The notes beneath the pieces were generated by a model. The model was not told where the DNA came from. It saw nothing but the letters and a program-made list of their open reading frames with translations, and searched no databases. 46,011 nucleotides of DNA, taken from assembly GCA_001794215.1 (NCBI GenBank), contig MGJK01000003.1, positions 1-46,011 of the forward strand, in the 5' to 3' direction. The stretch comes from Candidatus Yanofskybacteria bacterium RIFCSPHIGHO2_01_FULL_44_24. Its GTDB lineage: Bacteria > Patescibacteriota > Minisyncoccia > 2-02-FULL-40-12 > GWA2-44-9. This document shows, one piece after another, positions 27,869 to 37,361 of the stretch (the stretch's first letter is position 1; each line of letters begins with the position of its first letter). Both the position numbers and the translations under genes were made by a program.

Positions 27869-28960
27869 ATGAAAATAACTTCGTCCACTAAAAATTTAAA
27901 GAAAGCTTTGAGTTTAGTTGAAAAAATAGTATCTAAGAGTACATCACTGCCTATTTTAAATAATATATTAATAAAAACAGAAAACGGCCGGCTCAAGTTG
28001 TCGTCGACTAATTTAGAGATCGGGATCAATTATTTAATAGGCGCAAAAATAGAGGAGACGGGAGAAATAGCCGTTCCGGCCAGAATAGTTTCTGACTTTA
28101 TAAATAATATTAGAGAAGAAAAAGTATCTCTCAGTACGAAAAACAATATATTAAATATTGACTCAGATCACTGTAAAACCAGTATTTTAGGCTTTGACCC
28201 TAAGGATTTTCCGATCATACCTAAAATAAAGAAAGAGTCTTTTGCCAGTATTAATACCAAAGTCCTTAAAAGTTCTCTTATGGCTATTCTTGATTCCATA
28301 GCTCTATCCGAGGCAAGACCTGAATTAGCCGGGGTATTTGTAAGTTTTAGCTCAGATAAACTAACTTTTGCCGCTACAGACAGTTTTCGACTGACAGAAA
28401 GAATTAATGATTTTAACTGTAAAGATCAGAAATCAATTATTTTACCAAGAAGCACTGTCATTGAGCTGATAAGGGTCAGCAGCGATACAGAAGGGGATTT
28501 AGACGTTAAAATAGGCGATAATCAGATAGTTTTTTCAAATAATGACTTAGAGGTAATCTCAAGAATAGTGGAAGGAAGCTATCCTGACTATAAAAAAGTG
28601 ATTCCGGAAAAATTCGTATCGAGAGTGATCGTAAACAAGGACGATTTTGAAAAGAACACCAGATTAGCCGGACTTTTCTCTTCGAATATATCGGACATTA
28701 AAATAAAATGTCTTGAGAAAAAATTAGTCATTGTCTCTAAAAACTCAGAAAAAGGAGAGATCAATACATCAATGGAATGCGTCTTAAAGAACGAGCCGTT
28801 CGATATAGCCGTTAACTATAATTATATTTTAGATGGTCTTAAAATACTTCCGACCGAGAAAGTTATCTTAGAATTTACCGGTCATGGAAGTCCTTTAGTA
28901 TTAAGACCGGACGGCAATGAAAAAAAACTGACTTATCTGATTATGCCTCTAAGGAGTTAA
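27869..28960 (+). CDS. dnaN: DNA polymerase III beta clamp
   Basis: LPILNNILI, STNLEIGI, ATDSFRL, YPDY, LIMPLR. Confidence 0.97.
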   Translation: MKITSSTKNLKKALSLVEKIVSKSTSLPILNNILIKTENGRLKLSSTNLEIGINYLIGAKIEETGEIAVPARIVSDFINNIREEKVSLSTKNNILNIDSDHCKTSILGFDPKDFPIIPKIKKESFASINTKVLKSSLMAILDSIALSEARPELAGVFVSFSSDKLTFAATDSFRLTERINDFNCKDQKSIILPRSTVIELIRVSSDTEGDLDVKIGDNQIVFSNNDLEVISRIVEGSYPDYKKVIPEKFVSRVIVNKDDFEKNTRLAGLFSSNISDIKIKCLEKKLVIVSKNSEKGEINTSMECVLKNEPFDIAVNYNYILDGLKILPTEKVILEFTGHGSPLVLRPDGNEKKLTYLIMPLRS

Positions 28961-28963
28961 ATT

Positions 28964-29251
28964 ATGTTCAAATCACTAAATTCGAGAATTGCCAAGAAGT
29001 ACGGTAAAATAGCAAAAATTCAGAATACCAATATCGAAATAGAAAAGTCTTTTAAGAGTTTTATGACTGAACAGTTTGGACCAGTCGCTAAAAATATTTC
29101 CTGTACGGTAGTCTATGATAATAAAGCGAATTATGCCGTATTTAAATTCACGAATAAAACAGCGGCGAACGAACTAAGTCTTAGAATTAACGAACTAAAG
29201 AGATTCTTAGATAAATCCGGACTAAAGATAGGCAGGATCATAATCCAATAA
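28964..29251 (+). CDS. Small protein, possibly DciA/DUF721-like
   Basis: 3 nt after dnaN; TNKTAANELSL resembles the DciA A-x-E-L helix. The family call is inference. Confidence 0.5.
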   Translation: MFKSLNSRIAKKYGKIAKIQNTNIEIEKSFKSFMTEQFGPVAKNISCTVVYDNKANYAVFKFTNKTAANELSLRINELKRFLDKSGLKIGRIIIQ

Positions 29252-29253
29252 GC

Positions 29254-31380
29254 CTATCTGTAAACAGATCTGATGGCCCACTCCCAGTTATTAAATTGGG
29301 GATCGGCAGAGGGATTTTCAGGAAAAGGCCCCAGAGGGTCGTTTTTATTTACGTAAAATAAAATATTATGCATTTCCTGACCGGATGCCTGTTCGTTTTT
29401 ATATAAATACTGGCCGTTCAGCATTATTTTATTCGTGAATACAGGATCGGGGGGATTAAAAGTTTCACGAGGGAGAGCCGAAAGTGCCTTTACCATAAAT
29501 TCATGCCACATTGGCCCAGCGGCGCTGATGCCGGCTCCTTCTCTGGTCATGGACTGGTTATCGTTATTACCAACCCAAACCCCGGCGGCGAAATTAGGTG
29601 AATATCCTGCAACCCAGGCATCTCTGTTCTCTTGTGTGGTTCCGGTTTTTGCGGCCACGTCGAAATCCGGAAAATATAAAGAGCTTGAAAAGCCAAAAAC
29701 AGGGGATCGGGCACTATTGTCCGAGAGTATATCGCTGACTAATCGGGTTATTTTCGGATCTACAACGCGTAAAGGAGAAGGTTTAGATTCCTCCAGTATA
29801 TCACCATTGGGCAATTCTATTTTCTTTACTATATACCACGGATTTCTTACTCCTTCATTGGCGAATACTCCGTAAGCTGATACAAGATCGACTAATTTTA
29901 CCTCAGCTCCGCCCAGAACTAAAGATAATCCGTAACGAGACCGGTCTTCCAAAGTGGTAATGCCCATTTTTCGAGCTAAATCTATCGTATTATCAACTCC
30001 GGCAAGATAAAGAACTTTGACGGAGGGGACATTTAAAGATCGAGAAAGAGACTGGCGCAAAGTTACCGGGCCACGAAAGTCGCCATCGTAATTTTGAGGA
30101 TGATAGCAATCAAGGCCGAAAGGATCTTTTTTTTCTGAACTGTCAGGTTGGCAGTTAGGATTAAACTCTGTTTTTACATCGAAAAGAATCGTTGAGTCAG
30201 GATACCCGGCTTGAAAGGCGGCAGCATAAGCAAACGGCTTAAAGGCCGAACCGGGCTGTCTTTTGGCTGTGGCGACGTTAAAGTTACCCTGATTTTCGAT
30301 GTCGAAATAGTTAGCCGATCCCACTAAGGCAAGAAGATCTCCGGTTTTAGGATTAACCGCTGCCAAAGCCGCATTCTTGGCTTTATAGCGCTCTTTATTG
30401 ATCACCGAGTACTTTTCTACCACTTCTTCTGCGGCCTCTTGAAAGGCAGAATCAAGCGTGGTTGTGATCTTAAAGCCTCCGCTCTCGACTGCTTCCTCCC
30501 CGTATTTAGAGATCAGATATTCTTTTATCATGATTACGAAATGGGGAGCCGATATTTCTTCTTTCGCGGATTTAAACTCGACTTTTTCCGATAGAGCGTG
30601 ATTGAGTTCTTTTTCGGTGATAAATCCTAAACCGAACATTTTACTCAAAGTATCGTTTTTTCTGGACATCAACTCTTCCACGTGATTGCCGTAAGGAGAA
30701 TAATATGTGGGTGCCTTAGGGAGAGAGGCGATAATAGCCGATTCATTCAAGGTGAGGTCAGAGGCAGATTTGCCAAAAAACTGTTTACTGGCGGCTTCAA
30801 TACCGTATGAGTTTGATCCATAGGGTATCTGGTTTAAGTACATCCAGAATATCTCATCTTTTGTAAACCTTCGCTCGATTTCAATTGCGACTAAAATTTC
30901 CTTTACCTTTCTTGTAATAGTTTTTTCATCACCGAAAAGAGCCTTCTTGACCAGCTGTTGAGTGATTGTTGAACCGCCCTGAGAGATCTCAAAATTTCTC
31001 AAGTCCTTTAAAAAAGCCCTAATTATACCGCGCAGGTCGAGACCTTTGTGGGTATAAAAATCAGCATCTTCTGAAGCGATGGTCGCTTTTTTAATATACT
31101 CAGGTATCTTTTCCCAGGCGATGATGGTTCTTTTCTCTTCTCCATGGATGTCGTAAAGAAGAACCTCTCCCGTGCGGTCATATATCTTCGTAGATTCTCC
31201 GACGCGCCTTGTAGCTATGGATTCAGGATCGGGCAGAGTGTACTGAATGTAAATAAAAAGCAAAAGAAACCAGATAGCTCCCAAAACAAACAACCACAAA
31301 AAAAGCATTGACAATGCTTTAATAAATCTCATATTTCTAATTCTTTTTATCTTGTAAACTTTGAATTTAGGTCCGGCCAT
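29254..31380 (-). CDS. Class A penicillin-binding protein (PBP1A family)
   Basis: GT51 motifs EDADFY, QGGSTITQQLVK, RKVKE; transpeptidase SAFK, SLN, KTG. Confidence 0.95.
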   Translation of the reverse strand: MAGPKFKVYKIKRIRNMRFIKALSMLFLWLFVLGAIWFLLLFIYIQYTLPDPESIATRRVGESTKIYDRTGEVLLYDIHGEEKRTIIAWEKIPEYIKKATIASEDADFYTHKGLDLRGIIRAFLKDLRNFEISQGGSTITQQLVKKALFGDEKTITRKVKEILVAIEIERRFTKDEIFWMYLNQIPYGSNSYGIEAASKQFFGKSASDLTLNESAIIASLPKAPTYYSPYGNHVEELMSRKNDTLSKMFGLGFITEKELNHALSEKVEFKSAKEEISAPHFVIMIKEYLISKYGEEAVESGGFKITTTLDSAFQEAAEEVVEKYSVINKERYKAKNAALAAVNPKTGDLLALVGSANYFDIENQGNFNVATAKRQPGSAFKPFAYAAAFQAGYPDSTILFDVKTEFNPNCQPDSSEKKDPFGLDCYHPQNYDGDFRGPVTLRQSLSRSLNVPSVKVLYLAGVDNTIDLARKMGITTLEDRSRYGLSLVLGGAEVKLVDLVSAYGVFANEGVRNPWYIVKKIELPNGDILEESKPSPLRVVDPKITRLVSDILSDNSARSPVFGFSSSLYFPDFDVAAKTGTTQENRDAWVAGYSPNFAAGVWVGNNDNQSMTREGAGISAAGPMWHEFMVKALSALPRETFNPPDPVFTNKIMLNGQYLYKNEQASGQEMHNILFYVNKNDPLGPFPENPSADPQFNNWEWAIRSVYR

Positions 31381-31477
31381 CTTTTAAGAATAATGGCATA
31401 AATCAGCCTTCTTTACAAGGCAAAGTAATAGATCTTTGAATTTGAAGAAGCGATAAATATAAGCTATTATAATAACC

Positions 31478-32650
31478 ATGAACCAGCTTTTAGAAAGAGG
31501 CGTAGAAGAGATTATAGAAAAAGAACATTTAAGGGCCCGCTTGGATAGGGGCGACAAGCTCAGGATTAAACTCGGGATTGACCCCACCGCACAAGACCTC
31601 CATTTAGGCCACACCGTGGTCTTAAGAAAACTTAGGCAGTTTCAGGATGCCGGTCATCAGGCCGTTTTTATTATCGGTGATTTCACCGCTACCATCGGAG
31701 ACCCTTCTGGTCGCAACGAATCAAGGCCAGCCTTATCGGAAAAAGATATTAAAGATAATATGAAAAATTATCTTAATGAGGCGGGTAAGGTTATTGATTT
31801 AAAAAAGGCGGAAATTCACCACAATTCTGAGTGGTACAAGAAAAAAGACACCGGTTTCTTGATGGAGCTGGCCAGTAAGTTTACGGTAGCGCGGATGATG
31901 GAGAGGGATGACTTTCAAAAAAGGCTCAAAGACGGTCAGGACATAAGCCTTCTCGAAATATTGTACCCTATACTGCAAGGGTATGATTCATTTGCCGTAA
32001 AGGCTGATCTGGAATTAGGCGGTACCGATCAAAAATTTAATCTTTTAACCGGGAGGAAGGTTCAGAAAAGATACGGCCAGGCAGAGCAGGACGTGATGAC
32101 CATGGTTCTTATCGAAGGTTTGGACGGATCAAAAAAGATGAGCAAGAGTTTAGGGAATTATATAGGCCTCTCGGAAAGGCCGGAAGATATGTTCGGAAAA
32201 ACCATGTCGTTGCCGGACGTACTAATGCCCAAGTACTTCAGTGTTCTAACCGATGTTCCAGATGAGGAGATAGACCGACTTAAAAAAGATTTAAATAGTC
32301 AAAATTCGAGCGGCCAGTCGCTTAAAGGATGGAAGGAGAGGTTGGCTTATGAGTTAGTAAAAATATATCACGGAGAAAGAGAGGCGAAAAAAGTTCGGGA
32401 CGAATTTAATAGAGTTTTTTCTAAAAGGGAGATACCGGAAGATGTTAAAGAATGGAAGACGGGTGGCGACAGCGGTATCGTAGATATTTTAGTAGATTCT
32501 GACTCGGTAAAATCCAAAACAGAAGCCAAGAGACTTATAGACCAGAAAGCCTTATCGATTAACGGTCACACTATTACTGATTGGGATTTCAAGGTAAAAA
32601 AGGGCCAAGTGGTAAAAATAGGTCCGAGAAAGTTCTTGAAAGTATTGTAA
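31478..32650 (+). CDS. tyrS: Tyrosyl-tRNA synthetase
   Basis: GIDPT..LHLGH, QGYD, GGTDQ, KMSKS, C-terminal S4-like domain. Confidence 0.97.
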   Translation: MNQLLERGVEEIIEKEHLRARLDRGDKLRIKLGIDPTAQDLHLGHTVVLRKLRQFQDAGHQAVFIIGDFTATIGDPSGRNESRPALSEKDIKDNMKNYLNEAGKVIDLKKAEIHHNSEWYKKKDTGFLMELASKFTVARMMERDDFQKRLKDGQDISLLEILYPILQGYDSFAVKADLELGGTDQKFNLLTGRKVQKRYGQAEQDVMTMVLIEGLDGSKKMSKSLGNYIGLSERPEDMFGKTMSLPDVLMPKYFSVLTDVPDEEIDRLKKDLNSQNSSGQSLKGWKERLAYELVKIYHGEREAKKVRDEFNRVFSKREIPEDVKEWKTGGDSGIVDILVDSDSVKSKTEAKRLIDQKALSINGHTITDWDFKVKKGQVVKIGPRKFLKVL

Positions 32651-32682
32651 ATTTAAATCGCCCCGGCCGGGGCGATTTAAAT
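32651..32682. terminator. Perfect 32 bp palindrome, likely bidirectional terminator
   Basis: atttaaatcgccccggccggggcgatttaaat between convergent genes. Confidence 0.7.
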
Positions 32683-32685
32683 CAG

Positions 32686-32892
32686 TTACCAGCTATTTCC
32701 TTCATCTTCGTCTCCGGCCACTGGATCGCTCTCGTCATTAAGATCGGGGTCGTCCATCTCACTGTCATCCTCCTCGTCATCATCCTCTTCTATCACAGGT
32801 TCGACCGGGTCACCATCGAGACCGCCATCTTCTATAGACATCGTTTTCCAGAACAGACTGTCCATAAATGGGTTTTCTTTGCCTGTCCCCAT
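32686..32892 (-). CDS. Small highly acidic protein
   Basis: 27 of 68 residues are D/E; AAGGAG upstream; own promoter and terminator. Confidence 0.6.
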   Translation of the reverse strand: MGTGKENPFMDSLFWKTMSIEDGGLDGDPVEPVIEEDDDEEDDSEMDDPDLNDESDPVAGDEDEGNSW

Positions 32893-32967
32893 CAGCTCCT
32901 TAGGGATCAGATAAGAGATCGGGCAAATAAGCTTATTTATATTATTATATTACAAAAATCATCCTCA

Positions 32968-32995
32968 ATTGTATTTATGTGGATAACAATGTCAA
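32968..32995 (-). promoter_or_regulatory. sigma70 promoter with a DnaA box in the spacer
   Basis: TTGACA-N16-TACAAT on the minus strand; TTATCCACA at 32978-32986. Confidence 0.75.
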
Positions 32996-33140
32996 CCCCT
33001 CACTTGAGGAAGGATAGGTTCTGCGGCAGCAAAGTCTTGTGGGTGAGGATTAATAAATGAACTAATCTATAATTCATAGACTTGGCTATTATACAGAACA
33101 ACTACTTTGCATATCCTTGCTGTATTACGGGGTCAACCCC
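32991..33140 (-). mobile_element. Palindromic element A (MITE/PATE-like)
   Basis: Homologous over its length to 35326-35474 in inverted orientation, with 28 bp identical; direct repeat gtcaacccctcac at 32991 and 33132. Confidence 0.7.
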
Positions 33141-33600
33141 TCACGGATGAAGCGCAACAAACCGCAATTGCTAAGGCGTCGGCGGCATCGTCCGGTTTAA
33201 TGTCGGTAGTAATTTTTAATATCAGGCGAACCATATTTTGAACTTGTTTTTTCTCCGCTCTGCCGTAATTGGTAATTGCTGACTTTATTTCCAGGGGGGT
33301 GAACTCGTAAAATGGCAGTCCGCTGTTTTCTATGGCCCAAAGCATAACCCCCCTCATTTGGGCTACCGGTATGGCGGTCTTTTGGTTCTTGAAGAAGAAC
33401 AGTTTTTCGACGGCAACCGCGTCGGGCTTGTATTTATTTATAATTTTAGAGACCTTATCCGCTGCATCTTTATATATTCCAGGTCCTTTGCCTGTGTTTT
33501 TTAAAATACCGTAAGCTAAACAAGACAGATTGTTTCCATTTGATTCTACGACCCCGAAACCGATACGAGTTATACCAGGATCAATGCCCAGGATTATCAA
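33133..33600 (-). CDS. ruvC: Holliday junction resolvase RuvC
   Basis: ILGIDPG, AVEKLFF, YGRAEK, DDAADALAIA. Confidence 0.96.
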   Translation of the reverse strand: MIILGIDPGITRIGFGVVESNGNNLSCLAYGILKNTGKGPGIYKDAADKVSKIINKYKPDAVAVEKLFFFKNQKTAIPVAQMRGVMLWAIENSGLPFYEFTPLEIKSAITNYGRAEKKQVQNMVRLILKITTDIKPDDAADALAIAVCCASSVRG

Positions 33601-33603
33601 ATA

Positions 33604-33687
33604 AATTTCTAATTTCTAATTTCTAATTTCTAAAAATAATAGTCTGGTAATAAATTTTAGAATAATTAGCTTGATTAGAATAATTAG
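33604..33687. repeat. Periodic repeat element between yebC and ruvC
   Basis: (AATTTCT)x4 at 33604-33631 facing TTAGAATAA-type repeats at 33657-33687. Confidence 0.8.
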
Positions 33688-33688
33688 G

Positions 33689-34201
33689 TCAATTCTCCGC
33701 AAGGTTAGAGATTACGTCCTCGACTTCTTCCTGATCATCGAGAGCTTCAAATAGAAGATCGATTTTATCTCTCACAGATTCATCCGGGGCAGTAAATTGT
33801 TCGTCAAGCATCCAGCCTATACTGCCGGGCGGAACCATCTTACTTTCATGTTCGCTGAGTATATTTTTAATATCGGCAACAGTTCTATTTCTGTTGTCGG
33901 TAATCGCCTTTACACGCATAGCTATTCCGCCGGGTCCAATCCCGTCGATTATCAGCTCTTCTAATTGAGCCGAGGATTTATCGGCCGCTTTCTTTATCGC
34001 CCGCGCTATATTGTCGTTCGGAACATTCATTGCTCGAGCCTGGTCTATCGCTTGAGACAGGGCGGCGTTGGATTTCGGGTCAGTGCCTTTTTTTGCCGCA
34101 AGAGTTATCGCCCTCGATATCTTAGAGAAAAGCTGTCCTCGTTTTTTATCAGTAACGGCTTTTTTGTGTCTGATCTGGGCCCACTTAGAGTGTCCGCTCA
34201 T
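33689..34201 (-). CDS. yebC: YebC/PmpR-family protein, short form
   Basis: MSGHSKWAQIRHKK, GPGG, TDNRNRT, V..VISN; 170 aa. Confidence 0.92.
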   Translation of the reverse strand: MSGHSKWAQIRHKKAVTDKKRGQLFSKISRAITLAAKKGTDPKSNAALSQAIDQARAMNVPNDNIARAIKKAADKSSAQLEELIIDGIGPGGIAMRVKAITDNRNRTVADIKNILSEHESKMVPPGSIGWMLDEQFTAPDESVRDKIDLLFEALDDQEEVEDVISNLAEN

Positions 34202-35247
34202 AGCAGTGTATTTTTAATTCCAAGATGTTTTAGGCCTTGAGCGGTGATAACCCGGCCCTTTGGTGTCCGGGCTATTAACCCGATCCTCAGCAGATACGGT
34301 TCATAAACATCTTCGATGGTGCCCTCTTCTTCCGATATGGAGGCAGCGATAGATTTAAGTCCTACGGGACCGCCGGCAAACTTGTCTGCGATAGCGTGCA
34401 TAATTTCTCTGTCTGTTTTTTCAAGTCCTCGGTCGTCTATCTCGAGCATGGCTAAGGCCTTTTTTGCGGCCAAAGCGCTTATGGAAGTTTCCTCATCCGT
34501 CATTTGGCTATAGTCCCTTACTCTTTTGAGCAGGCGGTTGGCTACCCGGGGAGTGAATCGTGATGCCTGTGAAATAATGCTTACCGCCTCTTTGTCCGTA
34601 TCTATACTGAGCAATTTAGCCGAGCGGTTGACGATTCTTTCTATGTCTCCCTGATTATAAAAATCCAGCCTCAAATTAGCTCCGAAGCGAGATCGAAAAG
34701 GGGATGAGAGCATTGATATCTTGGTCGTAGCGGCGATAAGGGTAAACCGAGGCAGGTCTATCTGAAGAGTCTTAGCCGAATTGCCTTTACCGATGACTAT
34801 ATCAAGTTTAAAGTTTTCCATTGCCGGATAAATAACCTCCTCAACGGCTTTATTCAGCCTATGGACCTCATCTATAAATAAAATATCCCCGTCGCTTAGG
34901 CCGGTAAGTATTGAGCCGACATCCCCGGCTTTTTCAAGGGCAGTGCCGGAAGTAATTTTAAGATTTGCTCCCAGTTCCTTGGCTATAATATAAGCAAGAG
35001 TCGTCTTGCCTAAGCCGGAGGGGCCGTGAAGCAGAAGATGCTCGATAGGTTCCTTTCTTTTCTTAGCCGCTCCGATAAGTATCTTAAGATTTTCTTTTAT
35101 CTTATCCTGGCCGACATACTCATCAAAGTTGGAGGGCCTTAGCGCGCGGTCAAGAACCTGATCGTCCAAGGTCGGCTTCGGAGCAACTTCTTGCCGGCCG
35201 GCCGTAGAATTATTTGATCCCGGATTGTCGTGTCTCTTAATTTTCAT
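34198..35247 (-). CDS. ruvB: Holliday junction branch migration helicase RuvB
   Basis: LRP..F..YVGQ, GPSGLGKTT, FIDEVHR, TPRVANRLL, GGPVG, EPYL. ATG 35247 preferred over 35298, which lies in a hairpin. Confidence 0.96.
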   Translation of the reverse strand: MKIKRHDNPGSNNSTAGRQEVAPKPTLDDQVLDRALRPSNFDEYVGQDKIKENLKILIGAAKKRKEPIEHLLLHGPSGLGKTTLAYIIAKELGANLKITSGTALEKAGDVGSILTGLSDGDILFIDEVHRLNKAVEEVIYPAMENFKLDIVIGKGNSAKTLQIDLPRFTLIAATTKISMLSSPFRSRFGANLRLDFYNQGDIERIVNRSAKLLSIDTDKEAVSIISQASRFTPRVANRLLKRVRDYSQMTDEETSISALAAKKALAMLEIDDRGLEKTDREIMHAIADKFAGGPVGLKSIAASISEEEGTIEDVYEPYLLRIGLIARTPKGRVITAQGLKHLGIKNTLL

Positions 35248-35325
35248 ATAAGATTCCAACCCGACAGAGGTCTCGCTCGCCCCATAGAGGCGAGTCATAA
35301 GACCTCGGCGAGGCTATCTCTAACG

Positions 35326-35474
35326 GGGGTTGACCCCGTAATACAGCAAGGATCGGCAAAGCAGTCATTCTGTCCTATATGCCGGTTCTATCTAATCATC
35401 TACGCTTGATAATCTGGACTATCAGTTAGTCTTTGCTTATGCAGAATATATCCTTGCTGATATGCGGGGTTGAC
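35326..35474 (+). mobile_element. Palindromic element B (MITE/PATE-like)
   Basis: Arms ccccgtaatacagcaaggat / atccttgctgatatgcgggg; ggggttgac at both ends; homologue of element A. Confidence 0.7.
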
Positions 35475-35498
35475 ATTCATTTTAATTTAGATTACAAT
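35470..35498 (+). promoter_or_regulatory. sigma70 promoter with no downstream ORF
   Basis: TTGACA-N17-TACAAT. Confidence 0.75.
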
Positions 35499-35504
35499 AT
35501 GCAC

Positions 35505-35688
35505 GGATCATAAGCCTCAAAACCCATTTAATCTGTAGGCAATTGGGTAGGTGTTGTCACGCAGACCCAACAGGGATACTGTCTTAGTTCGGATAGTTTG
35601 GTTCCGACTGAACTACTCCTCGGAATTATCCTATCCCGCGTTTTGTAAATTCGGGCCTTTGCCTACAGATTAAAGGGGTTTTATGTTT
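35505..35688 (+). ncRNA. Candidate structured RNA (6S-like size) or further palindromic element
   Basis: 16 bp perfect stem tttaatctgtaggcaa/ttgcctacagattaaa plus aaaaccc/gggtttt closing several inner helices; follows a near-consensus promoter. Confidence 0.45.
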
Positions 35689-35699
35689 AAAAAGTGCTT

Positions 35700-37361
35700 T
35701 TAGCCGAATACTCTCTCAAGCTCTTCCAGCGAAGTGATGCCTTCAAGAAGTTTCAAGTATCCGTCTTGAACCATCGTGACCATACCCTCGCTTACCAGAA
35801 GTTCATTAACTTCAGAAATCACCATTGGCCGGCTCATCAGCTTTTCTAATTCTTTAGATACCGAGAAAACCTCAAACGATCCTAAACGGCCGGAATATCC
35901 AAGGTGGCTGCATTCAGCGCATTGTCCCGGGTAGTATATTTTTAGAGACGAGCTCAAGTCGGGGAATTTTATCCGACCACTGATCGGTTCAAGGATCTTT
36001 TTAATTTTTGTAAGATCACCGGGGCTTACTTTCTTTAATATTTTGCATGATCCGCAGAGTTTTCTAATTAATCTTTGGGATATTACCAAATTCAAAGCCG
36101 GGGCGAGTATTTCCGGTTTCACGTGAAGATCTACCAGGCGGGGGATGGCTCCGGCGGCGTTGTTAGCGTGAATGGTTGATAAAACAAGGTGACCGGTCAA
36201 ACTCGCGTTCAGAGCTATATCGGCCGTTTCCATATCGCGTATTTCTCCGACTAAAATAACGTCCGGATTTTGCCGCATTATTATCTTGAGTCCGTTGGCG
36301 AATGTGTAGTTTTTGGCCGGATCAACCTGGCTTTGAGATATACCTTGAATATGATATTCAATCGGATCTTCAATGGTTAGGATTTTAGTTTTTGAAGAGT
36401 TTATGTAGTTTACAAAAGCATAAAGAGTGGTCGTCTTACCGGCTCCGGTCGGGCCGCTTACCAAGACCGTGCCGGTATTTATCTTAAGTTTTTCTTTTAT
36501 AAAATCGAGGATGTCTTTGCGCAGTCCAAGATCCTCGAGGGTGCCTCTTACGGTGAAGGGGTCAAGGATCCTCATTACTACGGTTTCGCCGAATTCGCTC
36601 GGTAAAATTGATATCCTCAAGTCGACGTTGTTATTATTCTTTTGTCGAACGCTGAACCGGCCTTCTTGGGGTCCATGGACATTTAACTTTAGCTTGGAAA
36701 GGATTTTGATCCTGTTTAAAATCTTATTGTAGTAGTCGTGATCAATAGTGGCTACATCGTAAAGAATTCCATCAAGTCTGTAGCGCAGGCGGGCAGTGGT
36801 TCTCTCCGGTTCAAAATGTATATCCGAAGCCCGTGTCTTTAGAGCTCCTGCCATTAAGATTTCGAGTAGTTTGGTGACCGATACATTGGTTATTTTTGAT
36901 TTCAGGTCAGCAATGGTTTTTATTTCATCTTCAAGTCTGGAAAGCTCTTCCTCGTCTATCTCGATTGCTCCGACTTCGAACACCTGAGGACGTTCGGAGG
37001 ACTTGTATCTTGCCCAGACGCGCTCCAAAGCCTCGGGGGTCGTTATCATTATTTCAAGGTTAAGTCCGGGTTTTTTAAGCGATTCAATGGTCTTTTGAGT
37101 GGCTGGGTTTGAGGGGTCAGTGACGGCGATGATCAGCTTTGAGGCGGTTTTGTATAAAACGGCCAGATTGGAGCTTCTGGCGGTATCTTCGTTTATAACA
37201 TGAAGAGCATCGCGATCTATCGGAACGCCTTTTAGATTGGAAAATGGCAGATTCAGGCCGGAAGCTAAAGAGTGGTACTTTTCCTCAGATTCTTTTACCG
37301 CAATATCCTGCAGTTTTTTCTCGAGTTCTTCTTCTTTTGTTCGGATTTGAGAGGGAGCCAT
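35700..37361 (-). CDS. GspE/PulE/PilB-family secretion/pilus assembly ATPase
   Basis: ASDIHFEP, GPTGAGKTT, TIEDPIEY, RQNPDVILVGEIRD, TGHLVLSTIH, two CxxC motifs. Confidence 0.93.
   Translation of the reverse strand: MAPSQIRTKEEELEKKLQDIAVKESEEKYHSLASGLNLPFSNLKGVPIDRDALHVINEDTARSSNLAVLYKTASKLIIAVTDPSNPATQKTIESLKKPGLNLEIMITTPEALERVWARYKSSERPQVFEVGAIEIDEEELSRLEDEIKTIADLKSKITNVSVTKLLEILMAGALKTRASDIHFEPERTTARLRYRLDGILYDVATIDHDYYNKILNRIKILSKLKLNVHGPQEGRFSVRQKNNNNVDLRISILPSEFGETVVMRILDPFTVRGTLEDLGLRKDILDFIKEKLKINTGTVLVSGPTGAGKTTTLYAFVNYINSSKTKILTIEDPIEYHIQGISQSQVDPAKNYTFANGLKIIMRQNPDVILVGEIRDMETADIALNASLTGHLVLSTIHANNAAGAIPRLVDLHVKPEILAPALNLVISQRLIRKLCGSCKILKKVSPGDLTKIKKILEPISGRIKFPDLSSSLKIYYPGQCAECSHLGYSGRLGSFEVFSVSKELEKLMSRPMVISEVNELLVSEGMVTMVQDGYLKLLEGITSLEELERVFG

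Noticed and set aside
32581-33060. 159 aa plus-strand ORF
   Set aside because: It crosses the tyrS end, a terminator and element A, and is antisense to the acidic ORF, which has its own expression signals.
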